64,000 nt of DNA, taken from positions 832,001-896,000 of the forward strand of contig CAVTRN010000001.1 in assembly GCA_963737155.1 (NCBI GenBank). The letters are read 5' to 3'. The translations under genes were made by a program, and so were the position numbers. Below are positions 18,476 through 28,966 of the stretch, in pieces. Below the pieces are notes generated by a model. It was not told the origin of the DNA. It was given only the letters and a program-made list of their open reading frames with translations, and made no database searches. Origin of the DNA: Nitrospirota bacterium (lineage in GTDB: Bacteria; Nitrospirota; UBA9217). Numbering within the stretch: the first letter of the stretch is position 1; each line of letters begins with the position of its first letter.

Positions 18476-20098
18476 TTAGAGGAGTTTATAAATCAGTTCG
18501 TTGTCCGAGTAATCGATGGGCACGTCTATGATAACAGGTACCTCGCTGCTCAAGGCCTCCCGGAGCAGTGGCCCGAAGTCCTCGGCTGTCTGGAGTCTCA
18601 AGCCGATTGCACCGAAACCTTCAGCAACCTTGATAAAGTCGGGGTTCATGAAATCGACACCGTAGTACGTTCCAAACTTTTTCATGGATTTCCATTTAAT
18701 CAGGTTGTAGCTGCTGTCATTAAAGACGACGATTGCCATATTGAGCTTCATCCTGACCGCAGTCTCGAGGTCTTGCAAATTCATCAGGAAAGCACCGTCG
18801 CCACTGAGGGCGACCACCTTGCGGTCAGGATGCACGAGCTTGGCCACGGCGGCTGTAGGAATTGAAAATCCCATGGAGGCAAAACCGTTCGAAAGGATAA
18901 AGGTGTTGTTGTCATATACTGGAAAGAATTTTGCCGCCCAGAACTTGCAAGTTCCCACATCCGAGATCAAGATATCGGAATCGCCGAGCACCTTTCTGAT
19001 ATCATAAAGCACCTGCGGGGGACGGACGGGCCAGGTCTTCTCTACACCGATGCGTTCGAATTCATCACGGAAGTTGTTATGGAGATCAATGGCGCACTGA
19101 CTCTTCTTGTTCGTGCTGAGCATGCCTTCGAGGAGATCAAGGCTTTCTCTAATGTCTGAAACGATCTCGACTTCGGGCACGTAATGAAGATCAACCTCGC
19201 TCGAAGTAAAGTCAATATGAATGATCCGCTTGTTCAGTTTAGGGTTCCAGTTCTTCGGCGCATATTCGACAAGCCCGTACCCGACGGCAATGATAAGGTC
19301 GGCATGGCTGAAGACATCGTCGATCTGTCGATCGTTCTGGAGACCGATGGCACCGATGCAGGACTCGCTCTTAGCACTGACCGCACCCTTGCCCATAAAG
19401 GTTGTCACAACGGGAATGCAGAGCAGTTCGGCAAACTTCTGGAGTTGGGCGTTCGCACCCTTGCGGACAACGCCGTGGCCTGCTAGAATAACGGGAAAAG
19501 TCGCTGACTCTATCAAGTCAGCCGCCTTTCTGAGGGACTGCCGGTCAGGAGAGCTCCTGCGCGCCCTGATGGGCGGAATCATCGCAGCATACATCTCATA
19601 TGCGTTCATGGAGGCGATGTTCTCGGGAAGCTCCAGGTGTGTGGGACCCGGCTTTTCCGATTCAGCGAGCTTGAAGGCCTTGCGGACCATCTCGGGGATG
19701 ACCTCCGGTGTCTCGATCCGTCCATTCCACTTTGTCACACACTCGCACATTTCGACGATATTGATGTACTGGTGCGATTCCTTGTGAATCTGCTTGAGGT
19801 CCGCCTGGCCTGTGATCGCGACCATGGGGGAACCGTCAAGAAAAGCGTCGGCAACGCCAGTCAAAAGGTTGGTGGCGCCCGGTCCCAGCGTCGACATGCA
19901 GACGCCGGCTTTGCCGGTAAATCTGCCATAAGCGTCGGCCATAAAGGCCGCTGCCTGTTCATGGCGGGTGACGATGAATTTTATCTTCGAGGTCCGCAGC
20001 GACTCCATGAGGTCGAGCGTTTCTTCGCCGGGAATGCCGAAGATATACTCCACACCCTCATTTTCGAGACATTTAACAAGCAGCTCCGAGGCCTTCAT
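18476..20098 (-). CDS. Acetolactate synthase large subunit-like ThDP enzyme
   Basis: FGIPGEE, RHEQAAAFMA, TLGPGATN and the GDGAFLMN ThDP motif; no small subunit adjacent. Confidence 0.9.
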   Translation of the reverse strand: MKASELLVKCLENEGVEYIFGIPGEETLDLMESLRTSKIKFIVTRHEQAAAFMADAYGRFTGKAGVCMSTLGPGATNLLTGVADAFLDGSPMVAITGQADLKQIHKESHQYINIVEMCECVTKWNGRIETPEVIPEMVRKAFKLAESEKPGPTHLELPENIASMNAYEMYAAMIPPIRARRSSPDRQSLRKAADLIESATFPVILAGHGVVRKGANAQLQKFAELLCIPVVTTFMGKGAVSAKSESCIGAIGLQNDRQIDDVFSHADLIIAVGYGLVEYAPKNWNPKLNKRIIHIDFTSSEVDLHYVPEVEIVSDIRESLDLLEGMLSTNKKSQCAIDLHNNFRDEFERIGVEKTWPVRPPQVLYDIRKVLGDSDILISDVGTCKFWAAKFFPVYDNNTFILSNGFASMGFSIPTAAVAKLVHPDRKVVALSGDGAFLMNLQDLETAVRMKLNMAIVVFNDSSYNLIKWKSMKKFGTYYGVDFMNPDFIKVAEGFGAIGLRLQTAEDFGPLLREALSSEVPVIIDVPIDYSDNELIYKLL

Positions 20099-20565
20099 AA
20101 TATCGATACCTCCCTGGGTCAAAATGATAGGGACAGGCGAAGGCTGATACAAGGTTATCCTGAACGCCCTGTCCGAATTTGATTAATATCACATTCTGGC
20201 GAACAAATCAATTGCCTGGGCTGGCATTGTCAACCCAAAGTTAAAATGTCCGGTTTTGTGATACTGCCTGACGTTGACTTCGTGCTTTAGCCATTGCCCT
20301 CGCGGGAGACTTCCACAGACGAATTGCTGGCTGTTTGCGCACTCGAATGAGCCTCGATTTGTTTATTGGCGTCTCTTCTTTCGGTATTCGAACTTGAATC
20401 TTCTTAAACTTTGGCCGAAGGCTGTTATGAAGGATGCGCATGCTGCCGTCAGTTAAGGAGTTCTTGATGTTATAGAGAACATCCCCGGTTCATCTTCACC
20501 GGTTTGTCGCGAAGCTATGCCATATCGTCCTCTCCTGCCCCCGAAAAATTTTGTGAAAAAAATAG

Positions 20566-20611
20566 TTGACAAACCGGCACGGTTTGCTGCATAATGAGAA
20601 CGATTTTCATT
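20566..20611 (+). promoter_or_regulatory. fur promoter overlapped by a Fur-box-like operator
   Basis: TTGACA-18-CATAAT overlapping AATGAGAACGATTTTCATT. Confidence 0.65.
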
Positions 20612-20636
20612 ACTAATAAACATAACTGAAACCGAG

Positions 20637-21062
20637 ATGAAAGAAGCGAGAGACATTTTCATTGATTGCTTGAAAGAGCGTGGGCTGCGGTACACGAGCC
20701 AACGGGAGGCCATTTTAGAAGTATTTCTTTCGTCCAAGAAGCATATTACTGTTGAGGACCTGTATAATATCATCAGAAAGAAGAAGCCGAACATTGGATA
20801 TGCCACGGTTCACCGCAACCTGAAGTTTTTGGCCGAATGCGGCATCGCAGACGAGATCAAGATTGGCAACAACAGAGCGAGATTCGAGCAGCACTACGGA
20901 CAGGAACATCACGATCATCTGATCTGCCTCAACTGTGGAGCATTCATTGAGGTACACGATGAAAAAATAGAGATGCTACAGAATAAGCTTGCCGAGGCTA
21001 ACAACTTTACTCCCCAGCGACACAAGCTTGAGATTTACGGAATTTGCAGAAAATGCAGGTAA
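20637..21062 (+). CDS. fur: Fur-family transcriptional regulator
   Basis: TSQREAIL, ATVHRNL, HHDHLICLNCG and GICRKC motifs. Confidence 0.92.
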   Translation: MKEARDIFIDCLKERGLRYTSQREAILEVFLSSKKHITVEDLYNIIRKKKPNIGYATVHRNLKFLAECGIADEIKIGNNRARFEQHYGQEHHDHLICLNCGAFIEVHDEKIEMLQNKLAEANNFTPQRHKLEIYGICRKCR

Positions 21063-21078
21063 ATTTTTTGTCACTAAG

Positions 21079-21095
21079 ATGATAATGCATATCAT
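21079..21095. promoter_or_regulatory. Fur-box-like palindrome upstream of the RND operon
   Basis: ATGATA-ATGCA-TATCAT resembles the 7-1-7 TGATAATnATTATCA site. Confidence 0.55.
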
Positions 21096-21289
21096 TTACA
21101 AGAAGCAACGGGACGGTCAAGTATACCACTCTAACGGCAACGAGCCTTCCGCAGGGCGCGACTGAAGCCACAGCTGTCAATATCGGCACTCCCTATCAGT
21201 GATGAAGTTAAACCAGGATAAAATTCTCGGCGCATTTTGCTCTGACAATTATTTTGTCTGCAGACTTATCTTGCTTTAGGAGAGATCAC

Positions 21290-22453
21290 ATGTCTATTTT
21301 AAATAACCAAGCACGACAAAAGCGAGTCGCTTTAATAGGCGTCGCAATAATAATTTTCGTACTGGGCATTGGGTTGAGCATGCGCTTTTTCCACTCGTCC
21401 AGCCATGCTGCCGTGCAGGAGTCTACACCGCCCGCTCTTGTTCGTCAAGGCGACCAATTCATCATCCCCCAGGGTTCTGCACTTCGTTCACGGTTGCTCG
21501 TGCAACAGGTCGCTGTAAACAATAGCCCCCACACGCTCGAGTCGCCGGCTGTGGTGGAGGCTGATCCCGCGCGCACGGTCAATATCCTGCCGCCGGTTTC
21601 CGGCAGAGTGGTCAAACTTGGAGTCAGGCTTGGCGACCGTGTTGTAAAAGGCCAACTGCTCGCTGTGATCGAATCGGGCGACCTCGCGCAAGCTTATGCT
21701 GATGACGATAAAGCGCGCGACGCACTGCAACATGTCGAGCGAACCCTGGAGCGCGTACGCGGTCTGCATCAAGCCGGCTCTGGTTCCCTTAAGGACCTGG
21801 AGCAGGCCGAGAGTGATTATGCCCAGGCGAAAGCAGAGTTCAGCAGGGCTGAAGCGCGGCTTGAAGAAATCGGTGTTCCGTCACAGCCCAAAGACGGGTT
21901 GCGTCTCTTGACAATTACTGCGCCAACGACCGGAAGCGTCACCGCACTCATGACCGCTCCAGGCGCATTCGTTAATGATGTGACCGCATCGCTCATGACG
22001 ATTGCTAACCTCGATTCTGTCTGGGTCACGGCGAATGTGCCGGAGACTGATATCGCATACATTGCCAAAGGGCAGTCCGTCGACGTATCCTTTTCAGCCT
22101 ACCCTAAACACGTCTTTCACGGCACTGTCACGTTCGTAAGCGACGTGGTGGAACCGGATACGCGCCGCAACAAGGTGAGGATAGTTTTTCCCAACCCTGG
22201 CGGCAAGTTCAAACCCAATATGTTTGCCAATGTGAGCTTCAATATACCGCAGAAATCCGAGGTGTTCGTGCCGAATTCAGCCCTACTCATGGATAACGAC
22301 AACACTGTTGTGTTTGTCGAGGTTGCGCCCTGGATTTTCATCAAGCACCCGGTCATCCCCGGTTATAGTGAGGGCGAGGGCGCCCGTATTGACCAGGGGT
22401 TGAAGCCCGGCGACCGCATCATTGTCAAGGGCGGGGTGCTGCTCAATGATTAA
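21290..22453 (+). CDS. RND periplasmic adaptor (CzcB/CusB-like)
   Basis: N-terminal TM, lipoyl-like GDRVVKGQLL motif, helical hairpin; precedes CzcA. Confidence 0.9.
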   Translation: MSILNNQARQKRVALIGVAIIIFVLGIGLSMRFFHSSSHAAVQESTPPALVRQGDQFIIPQGSALRSRLLVQQVAVNNSPHTLESPAVVEADPARTVNILPPVSGRVVKLGVRLGDRVVKGQLLAVIESGDLAQAYADDDKARDALQHVERTLERVRGLHQAGSGSLKDLEQAESDYAQAKAEFSRAEARLEEIGVPSQPKDGLRLLTITAPTTGSVTALMTAPGAFVNDVTASLMTIANLDSVWVTANVPETDIAYIAKGQSVDVSFSAYPKHVFHGTVTFVSDVVEPDTRRNKVRIVFPNPGGKFKPNMFANVSFNIPQKSEVFVPNSALLMDNDNTVVFVEVAPWIFIKHPVIPGYSEGEGARIDQGLKPGDRIIVKGGVLLND

Positions 22454-25400
22454 TCGAATCATCAGCATCTGCCTTCGCAAGCGGCTTGTTGCAATTCTGG
22501 TGGCGACCCTGCTCGCCGTTTTCGGCTATTATTCGTGGACAAAAATGGCGGTCGAGGCGTATCCGGAAATCGGCGATGTCACTGCGCAGGTTGTCACACA
22601 GACACCCGGACTCGCCTCCGAGGAAGTGGAGCAGCAGATTACAATCCCGCTAGAGCGTGCGCTGGCCGGCACTCCCGGCCTTGATTCCATGCGTTCAAGC
22701 AGCACGTTCGGTCTTTCTCTCATTACCCTGGTGTTCAGCGATGGCGCCGAAGACTACTGGTCGCGTCAACGCATCATGGACCGCATCAACCAGGTCAGCC
22801 TGCCTGCCGGCATCCAGCCGGGCCTCGATCCGGTAACAGGCGCGGTTGGTGAAATCTACCGATATACGCTGGAGTCTGATACCAGGAATCTGATGGAGCT
22901 TTCGGAAATCCAGCGCTGGATCGTTATCCCGGCACTGGAGCAGGTGCCCGGCGTGGTCAACGTCGACAACTTCGGCGGTTTCACCATGCAGTATCAAGTT
23001 GAGCTCGATCCTGCCCAGCTCCAGCGTTATGGCGTCGGCCTCGATGACGTGGTTACGGCTATCAACAACAACAGCTCGAATGCCGGCGGCAGCCGCATCT
23101 CGCGCGGCGAGCAGGGCTATGTTATCCGCGGCATCGGCATGGTACGTACCCTGGGAGATCTTGGCAATATCGTCGTCACTCAGCGAAACAGTGTGCCAAT
23201 TCTGGTGCGTGATCTCGGCAGGACGACGTACAGCCATCAGGAGCGCGAGGGCATCCTCGGCAAGGACAACAATCCGGATACCATAGAAGGCATCGTAGAT
23301 CTGCTCAAGTATCAAAATCCATCGGAAGTTCTGAAAGGCATCCATGCCAAGGTTGCGGAACTGAGCAAACAACTAGGGCCCATGGGTGTGCGCATAGTTC
23401 CCTATATCGACAGGGACGACCTGGTGCAGAATACGATTCACAAGGTTTCGCATACCGTCCTTTTAGGCATCGGGCTGGTGTGCATTGTGTTGATTTTGTT
23501 CCTCGGGAGCCCGCGCAGCGCCTTGATCGCAGCGGTTACCATCCCTTTTGCCCTGGTAGTCGTCTTTATCGTAATGCACCTCACAAAGATGCCTGCCAAC
23601 CTGTTCTCGCTTGGCGCTATCGATTTCGGCATTATCGTGGATGGCGCTATCGTCGTGACCGAGGCCATGCTGCGAAGGCGGGAGGCGGAACCCTCCGTCA
23701 CGTTGAGCGAGCATGATGTGTTTAACACAACGACACAGGTGGCGCGGCCGATTTTCTTTGCCACCCTCATCATCATCACAGCCTACCTACCGCTGTTTTC
23801 GTTCGAGCGGGCCGAAGCCAAGCTGTTCTTGCCCATGGCTTATACTGTGAGCTATGCCCTGTTCGGTGCACTTCTGTGTACCTTTACTCTGATTCCCGGC
23901 CTCGCCTATATCGCCTTCCGCAAACCCCGGCCGGCTTTCCACAACCTGCCGTTTCAATGGCTGCAAGATGGTTTCCGCCGGACACTGGAACGTATGCTGG
24001 GCGTTCCGAAAATTGCATATATAATAGGTGGAGTAGCGCTTATAGCCGTCATCGGGCTGGGCATGACCATCGGCCGGGAGTTCCTGCCCGAACTGGATGA
24101 GGGCGCCTTGTGGCTTCAAGTGCAATTGCCGACCGGCCTGTCGCTCGACAAGGCGAGCGAGATGGCCGGGGAACTGCGGCGCACGCTGCTCGAATTTCCC
24201 GAAGTATCTTACGCTATCACCCAGCTCGGGCGCAGTGATGACGGAACCGACCCATGGACGCCCTCCCACATAGAAGCGCCCGTCGGTCTGAAACCCTACA
24301 ACACCTGGCCCGAGGGCGAGACCAGGGCGGAGTTTCTTCGCCGACTCAACGCCCGCTTGCAGCAGCTGCCGGGGTTCCAGATCGGTATCAGCCAGCCAAT
24401 CATCGATATGGTCTACGATGCGATGGGCGGTTCGCACAGCCCGCTGGTCATCCGCATTGTCGGCAACGATCTCAATGAGTTGCGCCGCATCGGCGGCGAA
24501 ATCGTCAACGTGCTGCATGGTATTCGGGGCACAGCGGACGCCTCTGTCTTTCAGGAGCCTCCGATTCCACAGATCGCCATTAACATCGACCGCGAAGCGG
24601 CTGCCCGTTACGGCATAAACGTATCGGATATCACCAACCTGATCCAGACCGGGGTTGGCGGCGCACCGGTCAGCACTGTCTATGTTGCCGATCGGACGTA
24701 CAACGTTACCGTGCGGTTCCCGAAAAATACCCGCAACAATCCTGAGGCTCTTGGGAAGTTGGAACTGACTACCTCCAGTGGTGCACAAATCCCTCTTTCT
24801 GAGGTTGCACAGATCAAGCTGCAGACCGGCGAAAGCGACATCACGCACGAGATGGGCCGCCGCGTACTGCTCGTACGAATCGACAATCGGGATCGGGCCC
24901 TGTCCGATTACCTGGCGGAGGCACAGCGCAAGATCGCCCAGTCGGTGAGCTACGACCACACTAAATATCGCCTTGAATGGGGCGGTGAATTCGAGAACCA
25001 GCAGCGTGCCCAAGCCCGATTGACGGTGATTATGGGCATCGTGCTGGCGCTCATGGCCGTATTCCTGTTTGCCGAATTCGGCAAGATGCGTCAGACGGTG
25101 TTGATCCTCGGGGTAGTGCCGCTGGCGACCTTGGGAGGCCTGATCTCGCTCCACCTCACCGGCGAGACGCTGAATGTCGCTAGTGCTGTTGGCTTCATCG
25201 CACTATTTGGCGTGGCCGTGCAAAACGGCATCATTATGATCTCCAACATCAACCGGGTGCGCGAGCAGGGCGCGGCGCTGCGCGAGGCCGTCCTGTCTGG
25301 TGCGGTTGAGCGTTTCCGTCCGGTGCTCATGACCGCCACTGTGGCGAGCGTAGGCATGCTGCCCGCGGCATTGGCCACCGGCATCGGTACTGATGTGCAG

Positions 25401-25562
25401 CGCAACCTCGCTACCGTTGTGGTAGGCGGTCTGGGTCTTGCCACCCTGCTCACGCTGTTTATTCTACCGACCTACTACTTTGTCCTGGAAAGATGGGTGG
25501 AAAGTCATCCAACCACAAAACCCCAGGTGCTGGAGATGGAAACGAGGGATGGCGATGTTTAG
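22446..25562 (+). CDS. CusA/CzcA-family heavy-metal efflux RND transporter
   Basis: About 1040 aa; GAIDFGIIVDG, FLPELDEG and RFRPVLMTA motifs. Confidence 0.93.
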   Translation: MINRIISICLRKRLVAILVATLLAVFGYYSWTKMAVEAYPEIGDVTAQVVTQTPGLASEEVEQQITIPLERALAGTPGLDSMRSSSTFGLSLITLVFSDGAEDYWSRQRIMDRINQVSLPAGIQPGLDPVTGAVGEIYRYTLESDTRNLMELSEIQRWIVIPALEQVPGVVNVDNFGGFTMQYQVELDPAQLQRYGVGLDDVVTAINNNSSNAGGSRISRGEQGYVIRGIGMVRTLGDLGNIVVTQRNSVPILVRDLGRTTYSHQEREGILGKDNNPDTIEGIVDLLKYQNPSEVLKGIHAKVAELSKQLGPMGVRIVPYIDRDDLVQNTIHKVSHTVLLGIGLVCIVLILFLGSPRSALIAAVTIPFALVVVFIVMHLTKMPANLFSLGAIDFGIIVDGAIVVTEAMLRRREAEPSVTLSEHDVFNTTTQVARPIFFATLIIITAYLPLFSFERAEAKLFLPMAYTVSYALFGALLCTFTLIPGLAYIAFRKPRPAFHNLPFQWLQDGFRRTLERMLGVPKIAYIIGGVALIAVIGLGMTIGREFLPELDEGALWLQVQLPTGLSLDKASEMAGELRRTLLEFPEVSYAITQLGRSDDGTDPWTPSHIEAPVGLKPYNTWPEGETRAEFLRRLNARLQQLPGFQIGISQPIIDMVYDAMGGSHSPLVIRIVGNDLNELRRIGGEIVNVLHGIRGTADASVFQEPPIPQIAINIDREAAARYGINVSDITNLIQTGVGGAPVSTVYVADRTYNVTVRFPKNTRNNPEALGKLELTTSSGAQIPLSEVAQIKLQTGESDITHEMGRRVLLVRIDNRDRALSDYLAEAQRKIAQSVSYDHTKYRLEWGGEFENQQRAQARLTVIMGIVLALMAVFLFAEFGKMRQTVLILGVVPLATLGGLISLHLTGETLNVASAVGFIALFGVAVQNGIIMISNINRVREQGAALREAVLSGAVERFRPVLMTATVASVGMLPAALATGIGTDVQRNLATVVVGGLGLATLLTLFILPTYYFVLERWVESHPTTKPQVLEMETRDGDV

Positions 25563-27021
25563 ACTTATAAGCATCTTATGTATTTTCTTGGCCGGATGTG
25601 CTGTTGGACCGAATTTCCAGCGCCCGACCGCGCCCACTGTCGATCGCTACACACAGCAGCCACTGTCTGCGCTGACGGTATCGGCCGAGGTCAAGGGCGG
25701 CGAGGCGCAGCGCTTCGTGCAGGGCATGGACATCCCCGGTCAATGGTGGACACTATTTCATTCGAAACCGCTCAACGACCTGATTGAGCAAGCGCTCAAG
25801 GCCAACCCTGACCTGGAAGCCGCGCAAGCCGCACTAAGGGGCGCCTGGGAAAATGTCTATGCACAGCAGGGTGCGTTCTTTCCCAGTGTAGATGCCAGCT
25901 TCAATCCAACGCGTCAGAAGACTGCCGGAGTGTTGACTAGTCCGTTAGCAAGCGGCAGCAACATCTTTAGCCTTCATACCGCGCAGGTTTCTGTGGCCTA
26001 TGTACCCGATGTGTTCGGCGGCACACGACGGCAGGTGGAATCGCTGAAAGCGCAAGCCGATTCGCAACACTTCCAACTCGAAGCGACTTATCTTACGCTT
26101 ACCTCCAATGTGGTCACCGCTGCGATAGAAGAGGCGGCTTTGCGCGGGCAGATCGAGGCAACCGGGAAAATTATCGAGTTTCAGAGCAAATCTCTTGAAT
26201 TGCTGAAGCGTCAATATGAGCTTGGCCAGATTGCTACAGCGGACGTACTTGCGCAGGAAGCGACGCTGGCACAAGTGCAGACCATGCTGCCACCGCTGGA
26301 AAAGCAGTTGGCGCAACAGCGCGACTTGCTGGCCCGGCTTGCCGGCCGTTTCCCCAGCGAGACACTCGTAGAAGAATTCAAGCTCTCATCGCTGCAACTG
26401 CCGCAAGAGCTTCCCGTGAGCCTTCCTTCTACCCTCGTGGCGCAACGACCGGACGTGCGCTCAGCCGAGGAGCAATTGCACGCCGCCAGTGCAGAGATTG
26501 GTGTCAACGTAGCTAACCGACTGCCGAACATTACGCTGAGCGCCAACTTGGGCTCAAGCGCAACCGCGATCAATCAGTTGTTCACCTCCGGCACCGGCTT
26601 CTGGGCTTTGGCCGCGAATCTGACGCAGCCAATCTTCCAAGGGGGCACATTACTGCATCGGCAGCGTGCCGCTGAAGCGGCCTATGAGGAAGCGGCAGCG
26701 GAGTACCGTAGCGCCGTGCTTGCTGCTTTCCAGAACGTGGCCGACACGCTACATGCCATCCAAAGTGACGCAGATGCCCTGAAAGCGGCCGTCGCCGCCG
26801 AGAATGCTGCCGCCAGAAGTCTCACCATTGTGCAGAAGCAGTTGGAGTTGGGCGATGTCAGCTATTTGGAGCTTCTGAATGCCGAACAGACATATCAGCA
26901 GGCAAATATCAATCTCGTGCAGGCCCTCGCCAACCGTTACGCCGACACTGCGGCGCTGTTCCAGGCGCTGGGCGGCGGCTGGTGGAACCGATCCGATGTA
27001 CTCTCCACGTATGGCCAGTAA
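25549..27021 (+). CDS. Outer-membrane efflux lipoprotein (NodT/OprM family)
   Basis: Lipobox LAGC, PGQWW, QRPDVRSAE and ALGGGWW motifs. Confidence 0.92.
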   Translation: MAMFRLISILCIFLAGCAVGPNFQRPTAPTVDRYTQQPLSALTVSAEVKGGEAQRFVQGMDIPGQWWTLFHSKPLNDLIEQALKANPDLEAAQAALRGAWENVYAQQGAFFPSVDASFNPTRQKTAGVLTSPLASGSNIFSLHTAQVSVAYVPDVFGGTRRQVESLKAQADSQHFQLEATYLTLTSNVVTAAIEEAALRGQIEATGKIIEFQSKSLELLKRQYELGQIATADVLAQEATLAQVQTMLPPLEKQLAQQRDLLARLAGRFPSETLVEEFKLSSLQLPQELPVSLPSTLVAQRPDVRSAEEQLHAASAEIGVNVANRLPNITLSANLGSSATAINQLFTSGTGFWALAANLTQPIFQGGTLLHRQRAAEAAYEEAAAEYRSAVLAAFQNVADTLHAIQSDADALKAAVAAENAAARSLTIVQKQLELGDVSYLELLNAEQTYQQANINLVQALANRYADTAALFQALGGGWWNRSDVLSTYGQ

Positions 27022-27356
27022 GACCGGTCGGGGCACTCGCAACGAATGGATTTCTTCATTTTATTCGGTCCTATCTCCGGGCATCACCTACATGCGAGTA
27101 TGGCTCACTGTTTAAAATAATCGCCAAAATCAGTTTATAAATTGCATATGAATATTGATCTGAGGCGCGCCGTGGCAAGCACCTCCTTTCCGTGCTCAAC
27201 AGCTCCGAGGGCTTTATTGGCTTCGGCATAAAACTACGTACCGCGCCTCGTCATTGCACGGGTTTAAAGCTATGGGCGCGGAGCATAATTAGTCACACCA
27301 CTCTCGAAAATAGGTGCGACATTATGAAACGTCACTGAGCAGGAACCTTTGGTTGT

Positions 27357-27383
27357 CTCGCACAAAATAGTATTTTGTGCGAG
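27357..27383. repeat. Perfect 13-bp inverted repeat between convergent genes
   Basis: CTCGCACAAAATA-G-TATTTTGTGCGAG. Confidence 0.7.
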
Positions 27384-27422
27384 TAACGGGCCCCCGCGTT
27401 CCTATCTGACATCGATATGCAG

Positions 27423-27863
27423 TCATGCCGCTTTTTTTAGATGTACGCCGAGCTGATCCAACATACCTATGACGCCACCACCCGGCACAGCATCGGTAAC
27501 AATTTCGCAGATTTTATCTCCACGTACCTTGATCGATAAGTGCTCCTCGGGAAGAATGAAGCATTTGTTGGTCGGAGGCAGCGCTTGCATACCTGGCATG
27601 ATCACCGGTAGTTTTCGGGTCTGCGTGCCTGTTATGCCGACTGTGACCTTGATTGTGTCGCCGAGTACTTTGAAGTCGCGGGCATGAAAATTCCAATCCG
27701 GGGACGCTCCTACTAGGTTCTTAATCAGCGTTACATACTCATCCTTTTTTATGGGCTGCGGCACCGGTCCGCTGAAGATCATGTCCTCGGTATAGGTAGA
27801 TGCATCAATAGTACCTTTTTCGATCTCCGCTAAAGCCTTTTTAACAATTTCTTGTGCATTCAT
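27423..27863 (-). CDS. SnoaL/NTF2-like (ester cyclase-like) protein
   Basis: GGAGG RBS; ASPDWNF, ITGTQT, LPPTNK and GMLDQLG pattern of SnoaL-like proteins. Confidence 0.65.
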   Translation of the reverse strand: MNAQEIVKKALAEIEKGTIDASTYTEDMIFSGPVPQPIKKDEYVTLIKNLVGASPDWNFHARDFKVLGDTIKVTVGITGTQTRKLPVIMPGMQALPPTNKCFILPEEHLSIKVRGDKICEIVTDAVPGGGVIGMLDQLGVHLKKAA

Positions 27864-28355
27864 AGATTCCTCCTCCCATTCATGCTAAGTGCCTCTCGTC
27901 GCGAACAAACGCGACAGCAACTGAACTGTCGCCACATTAGCATTGAAACACGCATGAATTCGTATCCTCAATGCTAAGGATATCCACTATTATAAGTATA
28001 TCACCAGAAAAATGTCGGTATTTGGTAAGATCCCGAACAGCACCATCAACAATATCTAATGGGTAATCCGATAGCATTGTATGAAGTATATATTCGCGCA
28101 AAATGTGGTAATAATAATGTATGCTAAATATTAGGTTTCCCAAGCTCGCCATTGAGCTTAACTCTTCGTGGGGATTGCCGGGGCTATGAGACTATGCGTA
28201 GGAAGTTTATCACCTCTAAGGAGAATTCTTCAATGCGGCCAATCAAGTCCTTCGTCACTTAACCATCACTATTGTGCCATTCGCTTGATTCCTTGTCAGC
28301 CGCGCTATAATTGTAAAAAAGACGGGAATGACCTGAACGGGAAAGGAGCACGGAT

Positions 28356-28742
28356 ATGAGCTACTATTTTAGCAAAACGCTGCAGACAACCTTCGACGAC
28401 GCGGTGAGTCGGGTTAGTGAGGAACTGAAAAAGGAAGGCTTTGGCGTACTGACGGAGATTGATATAAAAGAGACTCTGAAGAAGAAACTGAACGTCGATT
28501 TCAGGAAATACCGTATCCTCGGTGCTTGTAACCCGCAGTACGCGCTCAAGGCCCTGGAAGTGGAGGACAAGGTCGGCACCATGCTCCCCTGCAATGTCAT
28601 CGTGCAGGAAATAGCAGGCGTCGGCGCGGAGATCGCCGCAATTGATCCGGTTGCTTCACTGCAGGCCATCAAAAACCCCGCACTTGAGGAGATCGCCAGG
28701 AAGGTGAGTGGTAAGCTTCGGGACGTCATCGAAAGGCTGTAA
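28356..28742 (+). CDS. DUF302 family protein
   Basis: EGFGVLTEID, YRILGACNP and GTMLPCNV motifs. Confidence 0.9.
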   Translation: MSYYFSKTLQTTFDDAVSRVSEELKKEGFGVLTEIDIKETLKKKLNVDFRKYRILGACNPQYALKALEVEDKVGTMLPCNVIVQEIAGVGAEIAAIDPVASLQAIKNPALEEIARKVSGKLRDVIERL

Positions 28743-28966
28743 GAGGAAGTATTTATCTTAGCATAGATGACCATACTAAACAGATCCGTTTAAAAAGTTC
28801 GTTAATAGAGTCATTTTGTACACTGTGTAAAAACATTTTCTGATCCTGCAGATGTTTCCCGTGACATTATCAATCATGATAATACCCGCATCTCTTACCT
28901 GATCTAGAATATGGTTATGAAGAATTACTTGAGCGGTTTTACGATCTACGAGAACCGCATGGCGGT

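Noticed and set aside
23787-25154. 455-aa antisense ORF (and similar shadow ORFs over the RND, ALS and SNF2 genes)
   Set aside because: Entirely antisense to strong genes; explained by codon bias; no motifs.
27334-27402. ACTGAGCAGG as a NiCo riboswitch
   Set aside because: The four-way junction and remaining conserved motifs are absent, and it lies downstream of the efflux operon.
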